NCBI GenBank assembly: GCA_043788625.1 | Contig: JAYVTR010000147.1 | Location: forward strand, 1-46,702 | Reading direction: 5' to 3' | DNA from: Planctomycetota bacterium | GTDB taxonomy: Bacteria > Planctomycetota > UBA11346 | Length of the DNA stretch: 46,702 nt | Shown: piece by piece, positions 38,947 through 46,702 of the stretch | How the letters are laid out: every line of letters begins with the position of its first letter | How positions within the stretch are numbered: the first letter of the stretch is position 1 | The notes under the pieces: generated by a model | The model's input: only the letters and a program-made list of their open reading frames with translations | Told to the model about the DNA's origin: nothing | The model's database searches: none | Program-made: the position numbers and the translations under genes

Positions 38947-41034
38947 CTAGGGCGCTACTGAACCATCAGCTGGGAGAGGGGCAGGAATCCCCCCGGCAGC
39001 CGTTGGTGCCCAGACACGGGCAAGCAGCGGAAGCGGCAGGGTAAAACCTGGCACCCGTTCCAGCAAGCCCCAGGCCGGCTCGCGTCCGGCCACCTCTTGC
39101 ATGATTAAGGCGACCGCCAGAGCCTGTGCATGTGGCATGCGGACACGCCAAATGCGCGCCGTCGCCGCCGCGCTGCCATCCATTAAGACTTGGTATTCCG
39201 AAAAGAAGCGGGTGATGCGGGCGTTCGATGAGAGTTGGTAGAATCCGTTGCTTCTCGTAATATTTTCAGCGATTTTCGGGCCGAATCGATGCTCGAGCAA
39301 TTGATCAAGTGCATATGCCAAGGGATCGGTGCGTACCAAGTCAGAGCTGATCAAGGCTTCTCGCAAGGGGGTAAGCAAGGAGCGCTGACGATCGCCCGAG
39401 AGCGCCAAGATCACCAGAGCACGTGCTAGCAACCGTTCACGCGGCGGAACGCTCGGTTCTTCACAGGCCCGCAAAGCGCGATCTTCGAGGTCGGCTCGCC
39501 GGGTTTCGCTCTCGTGCCCCAGGGGCATCAATTCGCGGCGCTGGGCAAAGTAGTCGAGGATGCGCGTACGCAGGCCGATCGCCGGCACGGGGTCCAAGTC
39601 CACATAGTTGGCGAGATAGGTTATTGCTGCGGCGGCAGGCCCCTGGTTGCCGGCCAACGGCGGGAACGAATCCATGCGCGGATCACCACCGGAAAAAGCA
39701 CGCCAGCGCCCGGCTAACCATTGTGGAGCATCAAGTGCCAGAGGCAGGGGGACGCTCAGCCAGCCGGTGCTGGTCGAACTGATCGAGGGTACCTGCGCAG
39801 TCGCTATGTCGCCATGTGCCAGACACCCCGTTGCATGCAGCAAGAGCCGTACCTGGGCGACGTCATCGGCAGCCAGATTGCTGCTGGCCAAGGTGTCGAT
39901 GCGGGCGATGACCCGCCCTAAGAGATCGATCCAACGTTGGCGATAGTCGAAGATGCGCTCGTTGACCAAATCCGGCTGATCGGTGATCGCCGCCGAGGGG
40001 ATGGCACAAGCGCGTTGCGCGAACGGCTCGGTCAAGGATAGCAGAATACCCACCAATTCGGGAGCTGCTGCACCATGACGCAGGGTCTCATCGTGGTCGG
40101 TGACGGTGAATAAGGTGTCGACGTCCTCCTCCACCAAGCGGAAGGCGGTTTCGTCGCCAGTATCGGGAAAAGTCAGTTGCCAGCGGATGCGTGCCAAGGC
40201 GAGCCACAGGCGCATGCGGGCGCGATCCGGCGGGGTGAGCCCGCGGCCGGGTTGCTCTTCATCGCGGACGCTGCGCCGTGACCCCAGTTGCTCTTGGGCC
40301 AGGCCAAACGCCCAAGCGATCTGCGTGGGTGTGCCGCCCGCCTGCAAAGCTCCACGTACCGCCAGGAAGGGGCCATCGGCAGCTGGCAGCTCATCGTTGG
40401 CGGTGACGATTTCAGCTCCGGCCGCTCCCCAGCGCGGTACCGCCAGCTCAACTGCCTGGACCGTCAAAGTGGCATCGCCCAAAGTGCCGCTGGTTGAACA
40501 GCCCCACGCTTGCGGCGTGTCGTGTGGCGGGCCGTCGGGATCTAGGCAGCGTAAGACCTGCGCGTCGTCAGCGATGACAATGAGCTGGCCACCACGACGC
40601 TGGAAGGATACCTGGTTGGGCATGGCGCCTAAACGGCACGAGCCGAGCAGAAAGCTGCCTGGCCGAGCGCGTTGCACTTGGAGCACTTGCTGTTCGGGCA
40701 GCCAATGCAGTTCATAGCCTTCGCCGGGGTGCTTGCCCTCGTGGAGGATCCATGGCCACCCCGGTGGACGGATAGAAGGATCGAGCGTCAGGTCCATGTC
40801 CCATGAGCGGTGGCTGGTGATGGGACCAATGCCGGTCTCGCTGCTGAGAGCGGTTTTTTTTACTGCGGTATCGTCATCATGCAGCGACAGGGTGGTGCCG
40901 GCGTTGACCTTGGCCTGGCCGATGAGGCGTGAGTGAGGCCGTGAACGGATGGCCATCACTGAAAACCAAATGACCAACGCCAACACCCCGAGGTGCATCA
41001 AACGCAACGGAAACCGAGAGGCTGAATACGGCAT
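38947..41034 (-). CDS. Large hypothetical protein with N-terminal membrane anchor
   Basis: 695-aa ORF filling the gap upstream of der; N-terminal hydrophobic segment; no family recognised. Confidence 0.7.
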   Translation of the reverse strand: MPYSASRFPLRLMHLGVLALVIWFSVMAIRSRPHSRLIGQAKVNAGTTLSLHDDDTAVKKTALSSETGIGPITSHRSWDMDLTLDPSIRPPGWPWILHEGKHPGEGYELHWLPEQQVLQVQRARPGSFLLGSCRLGAMPNQVSFQRRGGQLIVIADDAQVLRCLDPDGPPHDTPQAWGCSTSGTLGDATLTVQAVELAVPRWGAAGAEIVTANDELPAADGPFLAVRGALQAGGTPTQIAWAFGLAQEQLGSRRSVRDEEQPGRGLTPPDRARMRLWLALARIRWQLTFPDTGDETAFRLVEEDVDTLFTVTDHDETLRHGAAAPELVGILLSLTEPFAQRACAIPSAAITDQPDLVNERIFDYRQRWIDLLGRVIARIDTLASSNLAADDVAQVRLLLHATGCLAHGDIATAQVPSISSTSTGWLSVPLPLALDAPQWLAGRWRAFSGGDPRMDSFPPLAGNQGPAAAAITYLANYVDLDPVPAIGLRTRILDYFAQRRELMPLGHESETRRADLEDRALRACEEPSVPPRERLLARALVILALSGDRQRSLLTPLREALISSDLVRTDPLAYALDQLLEHRFGPKIAENITRSNGFYQLSSNARITRFFSEYQVLMDGSAAATARIWRVRMPHAQALAVALIMQEVAGREPAWGLLERVPGFTLPLPLLARVWAPTAAGGIPAPLPADGSVAP

Positions 41035-41113
41035 CGAGGAATGCGAATGTAGAACCGGGCGCGCCCTGGACTAGCCTCTACCTGGACCAAGCTTATCGCC
41101 AACGAGGTACGCC

Positions 41114-41572
41114 ATGGCCAAGATCCCTGCCTTTTCCCTGCCCGGTTCTGACGGCAAGACGTGGTCGGCGAAAGAACTCAGGGGTACGTCCTTCGTGCTG
41201 TATTTCTATCCCAAGGATAGCACCTCTGGTTGCACCACGCAGGCCTGTGGTTTTCGTGATAATCTAGGACGTTTAGCCCAACATGGAGTGACCTTGCTGG
41301 GGGTCAGCCCTGACAGCCTCAAGAGCCATGCCACATTTATTGCCAAGCACGACCTCAATTTTCCCCTGCTGGCCGATGCCGACCACGTTTTTGCTGGAAA
41401 GCTCGGGGTTTGGACCGAGAAAAGCATGTATGGCCGACAGTACATGGGAATTGACCGCTCAACATTCTTGGTTGCCGCTGATGGCACCATCGTCCAAAAG
41501 TGGCGCAGCGTGAAGGTGCCGGGTCATGTCGACGCGGTACTGGCGGCAGTTGAAAAACACCTGGGAAAATGA
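41114..41572 (+). CDS. bcp: Peroxiredoxin Bcp/PrxQ
   Basis: LYFYPKDSTSGCTTQACGFRD, GVSPD, RSTFL. Confidence 0.95.
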   Translation: MAKIPAFSLPGSDGKTWSAKELRGTSFVLYFYPKDSTSGCTTQACGFRDNLGRLAQHGVTLLGVSPDSLKSHATFIAKHDLNFPLLADADHVFAGKLGVWTEKSMYGRQYMGIDRSTFLVAADGTIVQKWRSVKVPGHVDAVLAAVEKHLGK

Positions 41573-41573
41573 C

Positions 41574-42416
41574 GTGCTAACGGCTTCTTTTATATTCGCC
41601 AAGGGCTTGTCCGAAGAACTCGAACGCGCCTTGTGGTCCAAAGGTCTCATCTCGTGGGAAATCTTGCGCCAATATTCCGACGAAGCGATTGCGATTCTCG
41701 GTAATTCCCGTACGCAAAAGCTGGTGGAACAAGTGGCCGAGGCGCAAGCCGCATTGACTGCGAGAGACGCCGCGTGGTTTAAAGCCAACTGGCCCGAACG
41801 TGAAACATGGCGTTTGTGGAAAGGTTATGCCGATCTCGAGCATACCGCCTTTGTCGACATCGAAACCACGGGTTTGACGCCAGGTTATGATCAGATCACC
41901 GTCATCGGCCTGGCCGATGGCACCAAAGTGACGGCCTATGTCGCCGGCAAGCCGCAGGTCGGTGATGAGCCGATCGAACGTTTTCGCGAAGCGATCAAAG
42001 CGTATCATCTGCTCGTGACCTATAACGGCACCAGTTTCGATTTGCCGTTCATCGAAAAATCCTTTCGTGACGCCAACTTCAAATTCACCCTGCCGCACCT
42101 CGACGTCATGCTGCCGGCGCGCACCATTGGGTTGCAAGGGGGTTTGAAGGACATGGAAAAGCAAGTCGGCATCGTTCGCCCAGCCGACATCAAGGATATG
42201 CGCGGAGTCGAAGCCATTCAGTTGTGGGGCCAATGGAAGAATGCTGGCGATGTCGCGGCCTATCGTCGATTGACTACCTACTGCAAGGCGGACTGCACGA
42301 ACCTGCTCGAATTTACCGAATTGATCTATGCCAAGCGCTGGAATACCGTGTACACACCATATGCCCGACCGGTAGATTTCGCCAAAATCAAAGGTCAGCA
42401 GTTATCAATATTCTGA
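41574..42416 (+). CDS. YprB/MrfB-like RNase H-fold (DEDD) exonuclease
   Basis: FVDIETTG, YNGTSFDLPF, HLD, GGLKDMEKQVGI, YCKAD. GTG start just after the bcp stop. Confidence 0.85.
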   Translation: MLTASFIFAKGLSEELERALWSKGLISWEILRQYSDEAIAILGNSRTQKLVEQVAEAQAALTARDAAWFKANWPERETWRLWKGYADLEHTAFVDIETTGLTPGYDQITVIGLADGTKVTAYVAGKPQVGDEPIERFREAIKAYHLLVTYNGTSFDLPFIEKSFRDANFKFTLPHLDVMLPARTIGLQGGLKDMEKQVGIVRPADIKDMRGVEAIQLWGQWKNAGDVAAYRRLTTYCKADCTNLLEFTELIYAKRWNTVYTPYARPVDFAKIKGQQLSIF

Positions 42417-42547
42417 TTTTGACGCTGAAACGAGTTAAGAGGTGTCAATGCAACCCATGCTATGATCCATTTCGCTTGACGCTCAAACTGGTAGACGACA
42501 GAGGGATGGACAAATTGAAAATCATAGGTCACACTTAGTGTCGAACG

Positions 42548-43087
42548 ATGAGCGATCTGCACGAAAATGAGTTAGGATTCTTTGTCGACTCGCTGTCGCC
42601 ACATCAGCGGGTCTACTTACAGCGCCTCATTGGTGAATTCTTGACCTCCTTTCCAGGTGAGGGCGAAGAAATTCATCCCGAGTGGTTGCAGCTGCACCGG
42701 CAAAGTGCGCAAACCTTGTTTTCGCTGATCGAATTGATGCGTAAATTCCAAAATGATGATTCGGACAGTGACATCCGGCCATATGCGCTGTCGATTCCCG
42801 AACCAGGTCACGCCAGGATTCAGCTCGCCAAACGTTTTTTGCATTGGCGCGGCTTATGGGATGCCAAATCGCATGATTGGGCAAAGGAGATTAAACTCGG
42901 ACGCCTCACCGTCGACCTCAAGTCGCTCGATGAGATCACCTCTTCGGCGATCGCCTGGCTGGTCAATCTCGCCAATAGCTTACCGAACCGGCGCCTCTAT
43001 GTGGTAGGAGCGTGTCCGATCATTCGCCGTTCATTGATCGTGTTGCGTTTGAACGATGTATTAGTGTTGGTCAACGAGGATACATGA
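42548..43087 (+). CDS. Protein with C-terminal STAS (anti-anti-sigma-like) domain
   Basis: LTVDLKSLDEITSSAIAWLVNL...LYVVGACPIIRRSLIVLRLNDVL. Confidence 0.7.
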   Translation: MSDLHENELGFFVDSLSPHQRVYLQRLIGEFLTSFPGEGEEIHPEWLQLHRQSAQTLFSLIELMRKFQNDDSDSDIRPYALSIPEPGHARIQLAKRFLHWRGLWDAKSHDWAKEIKLGRLTVDLKSLDEITSSAIAWLVNLANSLPNRRLYVVGACPIIRRSLIVLRLNDVLVLVNEDT

Positions 43088-43169
43088 TTATCTCAAGTTG
43101 TACCCCCACCACGCCCTTGCGAGGCAGATTGGGATTGCCCGCCCAGCGGCCATACGCTAAGTAGGATTC

Positions 43170-45047
43170 ATGTACGAGCTGGTGTTTCTCAGCGGTCCAC
43201 GAGCAGGGGAGGTGGTACCCGTTACCCGCAATCTGCTGGCAGGGCGCAGCCCAGATTGTTCTCTCGAAGTTCCAGACCCCAATGCCAGCCGTAAACACAC
43301 GCAGATCCTGTACGACGGCACCAGTATTTCAGCTGCCGATAATGGCTCGTCAAATGGGACCTTCGTCAACGATGTGCGCATTACCGGCGCCGTAGCCCTG
43401 CGCCACGGGGATGTAGTACGCCTTGGTGAAACCAAGTTGCGCATCCAACACACAAATCGCAGCGGCAATCCCAGCGCCAGCTCCATCTTCTCGATTAAGG
43501 ACGTCGACGCCGACTTATCCAATTCGATCGTCATGTCGGTCAGCGAGATTTCGCGTAAGCAGCTGTCTCCGGATCAGCTGTCGGCGCGTCTGAATGCCGT
43601 CATGCGCGTTGCCAAGGCGCTGGTCAACATCGATCAGCAGGAAGTCGTCTACCGCGAAATCCTCGACGCCCTGTTCGACGTCTTTCCGCAAGCCGAACGA
43701 GGCTTCCTGATGAAGGGGGCGGAAGTCGAGAAGCTCGAGCCGAAAGCCATCAAGCACCGCGGTCGGCAAGATGATGGCGTGCTGGCGGTATCGAAATCGA
43801 TCTGCCGCAAGGCGGTCGAATCCAAGAGCGCCTTCCTGTTCAATGACCAGAATGCGGGCGACTTCGATCAGGGCATGTCGATCGTGTCGTTGCGCATCCG
43901 TTCGGCGATGACCGTGCCGTTGATGGTCGAAGATGCGGTGCTAGGTCTGATGCAGATCGACACCGATGATCCGGCGCGGGCATTTACTTCTGAAGACCTC
44001 GAGCTGGCGGTCACCGTCAGCCAGATCGCCGCCACCGCTTTAATGAACGCCGACCGCTTGGAATCCCTGACCCGGGAAACCGCGACTCGTAATAATCTCA
44101 TGCGTTTCCTCCCCGGCCCGTTGGCCGAGCAGGTGCTCAGCGGCAATCTCGACATCGCCCTCGGCGGGCGGACCTATCACGGTACTATTTTGTTTTCGGA
44201 TATCATCGGTTTCACCCGGCTGTCCGAATCGATGCCGCCAACCGAGATCGTGTCGATGATGAACGAGTACTTCGCTCGCATGGTGCCATGCATCGAGCGC
44301 GAAGGGGGATCGGTCGATAAATTCATCGGCGATGCGATCATGGCCTTCTGGGGCATTCCATTTGATAAGGGCGAGGCCGCCTCTTCAGCAGTGCAAGCGG
44401 CGCTGCATATGCAGAACGCCTTGATCGGTTTCAATTCGTTGCAAGAAAAAGACGGTTTGCCGGTGCTGCAGACGGGTATCGGACTCAATTCGGGGATGAC
44501 CGTTGCCGGCAACATTGGTGTGGCGCAGCGCAGTGAATACACCCTGCTGGGCGACGCGGTGAACACCGCCTCGCGCATTGAGCATGCGGCTGGAAAAAGC
44601 CAGGTACTTATCAGCGGCGCAACCTTAGGAGAACTTAAGGGCGGCGGGCACGGCATCGCCATGCCACCATTGAAAGTAAAGAACAAGGCCGAGCCGCTGC
44701 AGGTTTTCAGCCTGCGTGGCCTGGTCATTGGTGATGAGATCGTGCTGCATGTGCCGATCACCGCCGCTGGCCATCCGGCCTACCTCTTGCGGCGCTTGTC
44801 TGACAAAAGTTTTATCGTGCTGCATCCCAAGGAATGCGACATGTGTAGCGACGTGGTAGTTACGGCGATGCCCGAATGGCACAATATCTCACTCGGCAAG
44901 CCAACCATGATCAGTGTCCTGTCGACACAGGCTTCTGACGGCACGCTCATCCGCAGCCAGATCCACTTTGACGACAGCAGTCTGCAGGGTTTGTTGAACG
45001 GCACTGATATTGCCTGTCTCGTAGGTTGGGATCAGCTGATCCGTTAG
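43170..45047 (+). CDS. FHA-GAF-class III adenylate cyclase
   Basis: FHA (GR, SRKH, SSNGTFVN), GAF (SAMTVPL...FTSEDL), cyclase (FSDIIGFT, DKFIGDAIMA, EYTLLGDAVNTASR with adenine-specifying K/T). Confidence 0.93.
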   Translation: MYELVFLSGPRAGEVVPVTRNLLAGRSPDCSLEVPDPNASRKHTQILYDGTSISAADNGSSNGTFVNDVRITGAVALRHGDVVRLGETKLRIQHTNRSGNPSASSIFSIKDVDADLSNSIVMSVSEISRKQLSPDQLSARLNAVMRVAKALVNIDQQEVVYREILDALFDVFPQAERGFLMKGAEVEKLEPKAIKHRGRQDDGVLAVSKSICRKAVESKSAFLFNDQNAGDFDQGMSIVSLRIRSAMTVPLMVEDAVLGLMQIDTDDPARAFTSEDLELAVTVSQIAATALMNADRLESLTRETATRNNLMRFLPGPLAEQVLSGNLDIALGGRTYHGTILFSDIIGFTRLSESMPPTEIVSMMNEYFARMVPCIEREGGSVDKFIGDAIMAFWGIPFDKGEAASSAVQAALHMQNALIGFNSLQEKDGLPVLQTGIGLNSGMTVAGNIGVAQRSEYTLLGDAVNTASRIEHAAGKSQVLISGATLGELKGGGHGIAMPPLKVKNKAEPLQVFSLRGLVIGDEIVLHVPITAAGHPAYLLRRLSDKSFIVLHPKECDMCSDVVVTAMPEWHNISLGKPTMISVLSTQASDGTLIRSQIHFDDSSLQGLLNGTDIACLVGWDQLIR

Positions 45048-45112
45048 CTGATCTCACAGTTGGTCCGCGAATTGCTGCTTTGGCAAACCGACAAGGGCTT
45101 CATCGTGTACCC

Positions 45113-46024
45113 ATGCCCAGTCTGCTTGATCTGGTCGGCAATACGCCGCTGCTTGATGTTTCGTCGCTCGTCGCCAAGCCGGGAGTGCAGATTTTTGCCA
45201 AATGTGAAGGCAACAATCCGGCGAGCTCGGTAAAGGACCGCGCCGCGCGCGGCATGATCCAGGGCGCCATGCAGCGTGGCATCCTGAAACCCGGCATGCG
45301 TCTCATCGAAGCTACCAGTGGCAACACCGGCATTGCCTTGGCCATGATTGCCCGGGCGCTCGGCATCGAGATGCATCTGGTGATGCCAGAGACGCTGACG
45401 GTTGAACGTACGCAGACGATGCAGGCCTTCGGCGCCACGGTGCATCTCATCGATGGCAACATGGAAGTTGCTCGCGATTGGGCGACGGCGCGAGTCGCCG
45501 AAACCGCCGGTCGTGCTGATGCCTTTGTCATGCTCAACCAGTTCGGCAATCCCGACAATCCCTTGGCCCATTACCAATCGACCGGTCCTGAGATCTGGCG
45601 CGACACCAACGGCGCGGTCACTCACTTCGTCTCGGCAATGGGCACCACCGGCACCATCATGGGCACCAGCCGCTACCTCAAAGAGCGCTCGAGCACGGTC
45701 ACCATCGTCGGTTGCCAGCCGACTGCCGGTAGCCAGATCCCAGGCATCCGCCGCTGGACGCCTGAATACCTGCCGACCATCTTTGACGCCAAGCGCGTTG
45801 ACCGCATCATCGACATCGCCCAGAGCGATGCTGAGAAGATGGCGCGGCGCCTGGCTATGGAGGTCGGGCTGTTCACCGGCCCGAGTTCTGGCGGCGCCTG
45901 CTGGGCGGCCTGCGAGTTGGCCATGGAGCTGAGCGAGGGAGTGATCGTGTTCATTGCCTGCGACCGTGGTGATCGCTATCTGTCATCTGACCTCTTCCGC
46001 CCTCAGCCGGTGCGTCAGCCATGA
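45113..46024 (+). CDS. cysM: Cysteine synthase B
   Basis: KCEGNNPASSVKDR (PLP Lys), EATSGNTG, MGTTGTIMG, IPGIRRW, CDRGDRYLSS. Confidence 0.93.
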   Translation: MPSLLDLVGNTPLLDVSSLVAKPGVQIFAKCEGNNPASSVKDRAARGMIQGAMQRGILKPGMRLIEATSGNTGIALAMIARALGIEMHLVMPETLTVERTQTMQAFGATVHLIDGNMEVARDWATARVAETAGRADAFVMLNQFGNPDNPLAHYQSTGPEIWRDTNGAVTHFVSAMGTTGTIMGTSRYLKERSSTVTIVGCQPTAGSQIPGIRRWTPEYLPTIFDAKRVDRIIDIAQSDAEKMARRLAMEVGLFTGPSSGGACWAACELAMELSEGVIVFIACDRGDRYLSSDLFRPQPVRQP

Positions 46025-46263
46025 GTGTCACCCGTTGCGTGTGCTACCAGCGGACCTTTGCAGAGCTTAAAAGCCTGTGCAAGGTCAACGGCTGGAGCAC
46101 GGTCGGCGAAATCAGTTTTGAGACCAAATGCGGCCTCGGCTGCGGCTCGTGCCGGCCATATCTGGCGGCCATGCTCGATACCGGCGCAACTTCCTTCTCG
46201 GTTGCCGAGCCAGGTCAAAAACCCAAGCCAACCGCTCTCGATCCCTGGGAGGTCTCCTGTTGA
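46021..46263 (+). CDS. BFD-like [2Fe-2S]-binding protein
   Basis: CVC ... KCGLGCGSCRPY; ATGA overlap with cysM. Confidence 0.78.
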   Translation: MSVTRCVCYQRTFAELKSLCKVNGWSTVGEISFETKCGLGCGSCRPYLAAMLDTGATSFSVAEPGQKPKPTALDPWEVSC

Positions 46264-46311
46264 CGAGACGTTTGTCTGGCCTACTGTTTCGCGCCTCACG
46301 ATAAGCCGCAT

Positions 46312-46386
46312 TCCTCGGTAGCTCAGCGGTAGAGCAGTTGACTGTTAATCAATTGGTCGGAGGTTCGAATCCTCCCCGGGGAGCCA
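46312..46386 (+). tRNA. tRNA-Asn (GTT)
   Basis: TCCTCGG/CCGGGGA acceptor stem, D arm GCTC-AGCGGTA-GAGC, anticodon arm GTTGA-CTGTTAA-TCAAT, T arm GGAGG-TTCGAAT-CCTCC, encoded CCA. Confidence 0.98.
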
Positions 46387-46408
46387 TAGTTGGCGCATCT
46401 AAATGCGT

Positions 46409-46453
46409 GATTTAAGCCCGATTTACGAAAGTAAGTCGGGCTTAAATCTTTTT
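46409..46453 (+). terminator. Intrinsic terminator after tRNA-Asn
   Basis: GATTTAAGCCCGATTTAC-GAAA-GTAAGTCGGGCTTAAATC followed by TTTTT. Confidence 0.93.
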
Positions 46454-46702
46454 AAGAGGTTTCCTCTTCAGACCAATGAGGTGATCTTCCCCCGGTTTTG
46501 TTGACTCGGGGTTTAGCGAATCAGAAAAATGGGCTCTGCGTCATTTCGTGTGGGTCCTTCCTAGGTCAAGCTTCCCTGCAATAAGATAGGCCATGAGTAT
46601 GAATGTGGGTGATTTCTGTACCCGCGCGCTTTCCGTTTGGCTGCCGGCACAAGACTGTTGAGAGCTTCCATAATGCCAGTTGAGACATGGCTGACATGCC
46701 AG

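Overview
A GC-rich, gene-dense chromosomal segment. It most resembles a PVC-superphylum bacterium, probably Planctomycetota; this is inferred from a prepilin/H-X9-DG protein, a DFTGSDWC thioredoxin, a long inserted LepB and a PurS-PurL fusion. The window opens with the 3' end (domains V-VI) of a group IIC intron and closes with tRNA-Asn(GTT) and its terminator. Between them are about 41 CDS. Most are housekeeping genes (psd, pssA, PMM/PGM, purL, plsC, lepB, lptB, holA, rsmB, gap, nagB, trpB, acs, plsY, der, bcp, cysM). There are also two AraC-linked carbohydrate modules (prepilin H-X9-DG + GH30-like; ThuA + Gfo/Idh/MocA) and a STAS / FHA-GAF-adenylate cyclase pair. The strongest leads for something undescribed are: (1) a ~125-nt nested-stem structured element with its own promoter upstream of lptB-holA; (2) a CNNM/CBS Mg-transporter-family protein whose C-terminal domain is a PTS EIIA with an intact phospho-His; (3) a phage-Nu1-like HTH fused to a Cys-His-Asp transglutaminase core, coupled to psd-pssA; (4) a stand-alone YprB/MrfB-type exonuclease ending in a beta-clamp motif (QLSIF). 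No CRISPR array, integrase or transposase was seen. All calls are by motif recognition; no searches were run.
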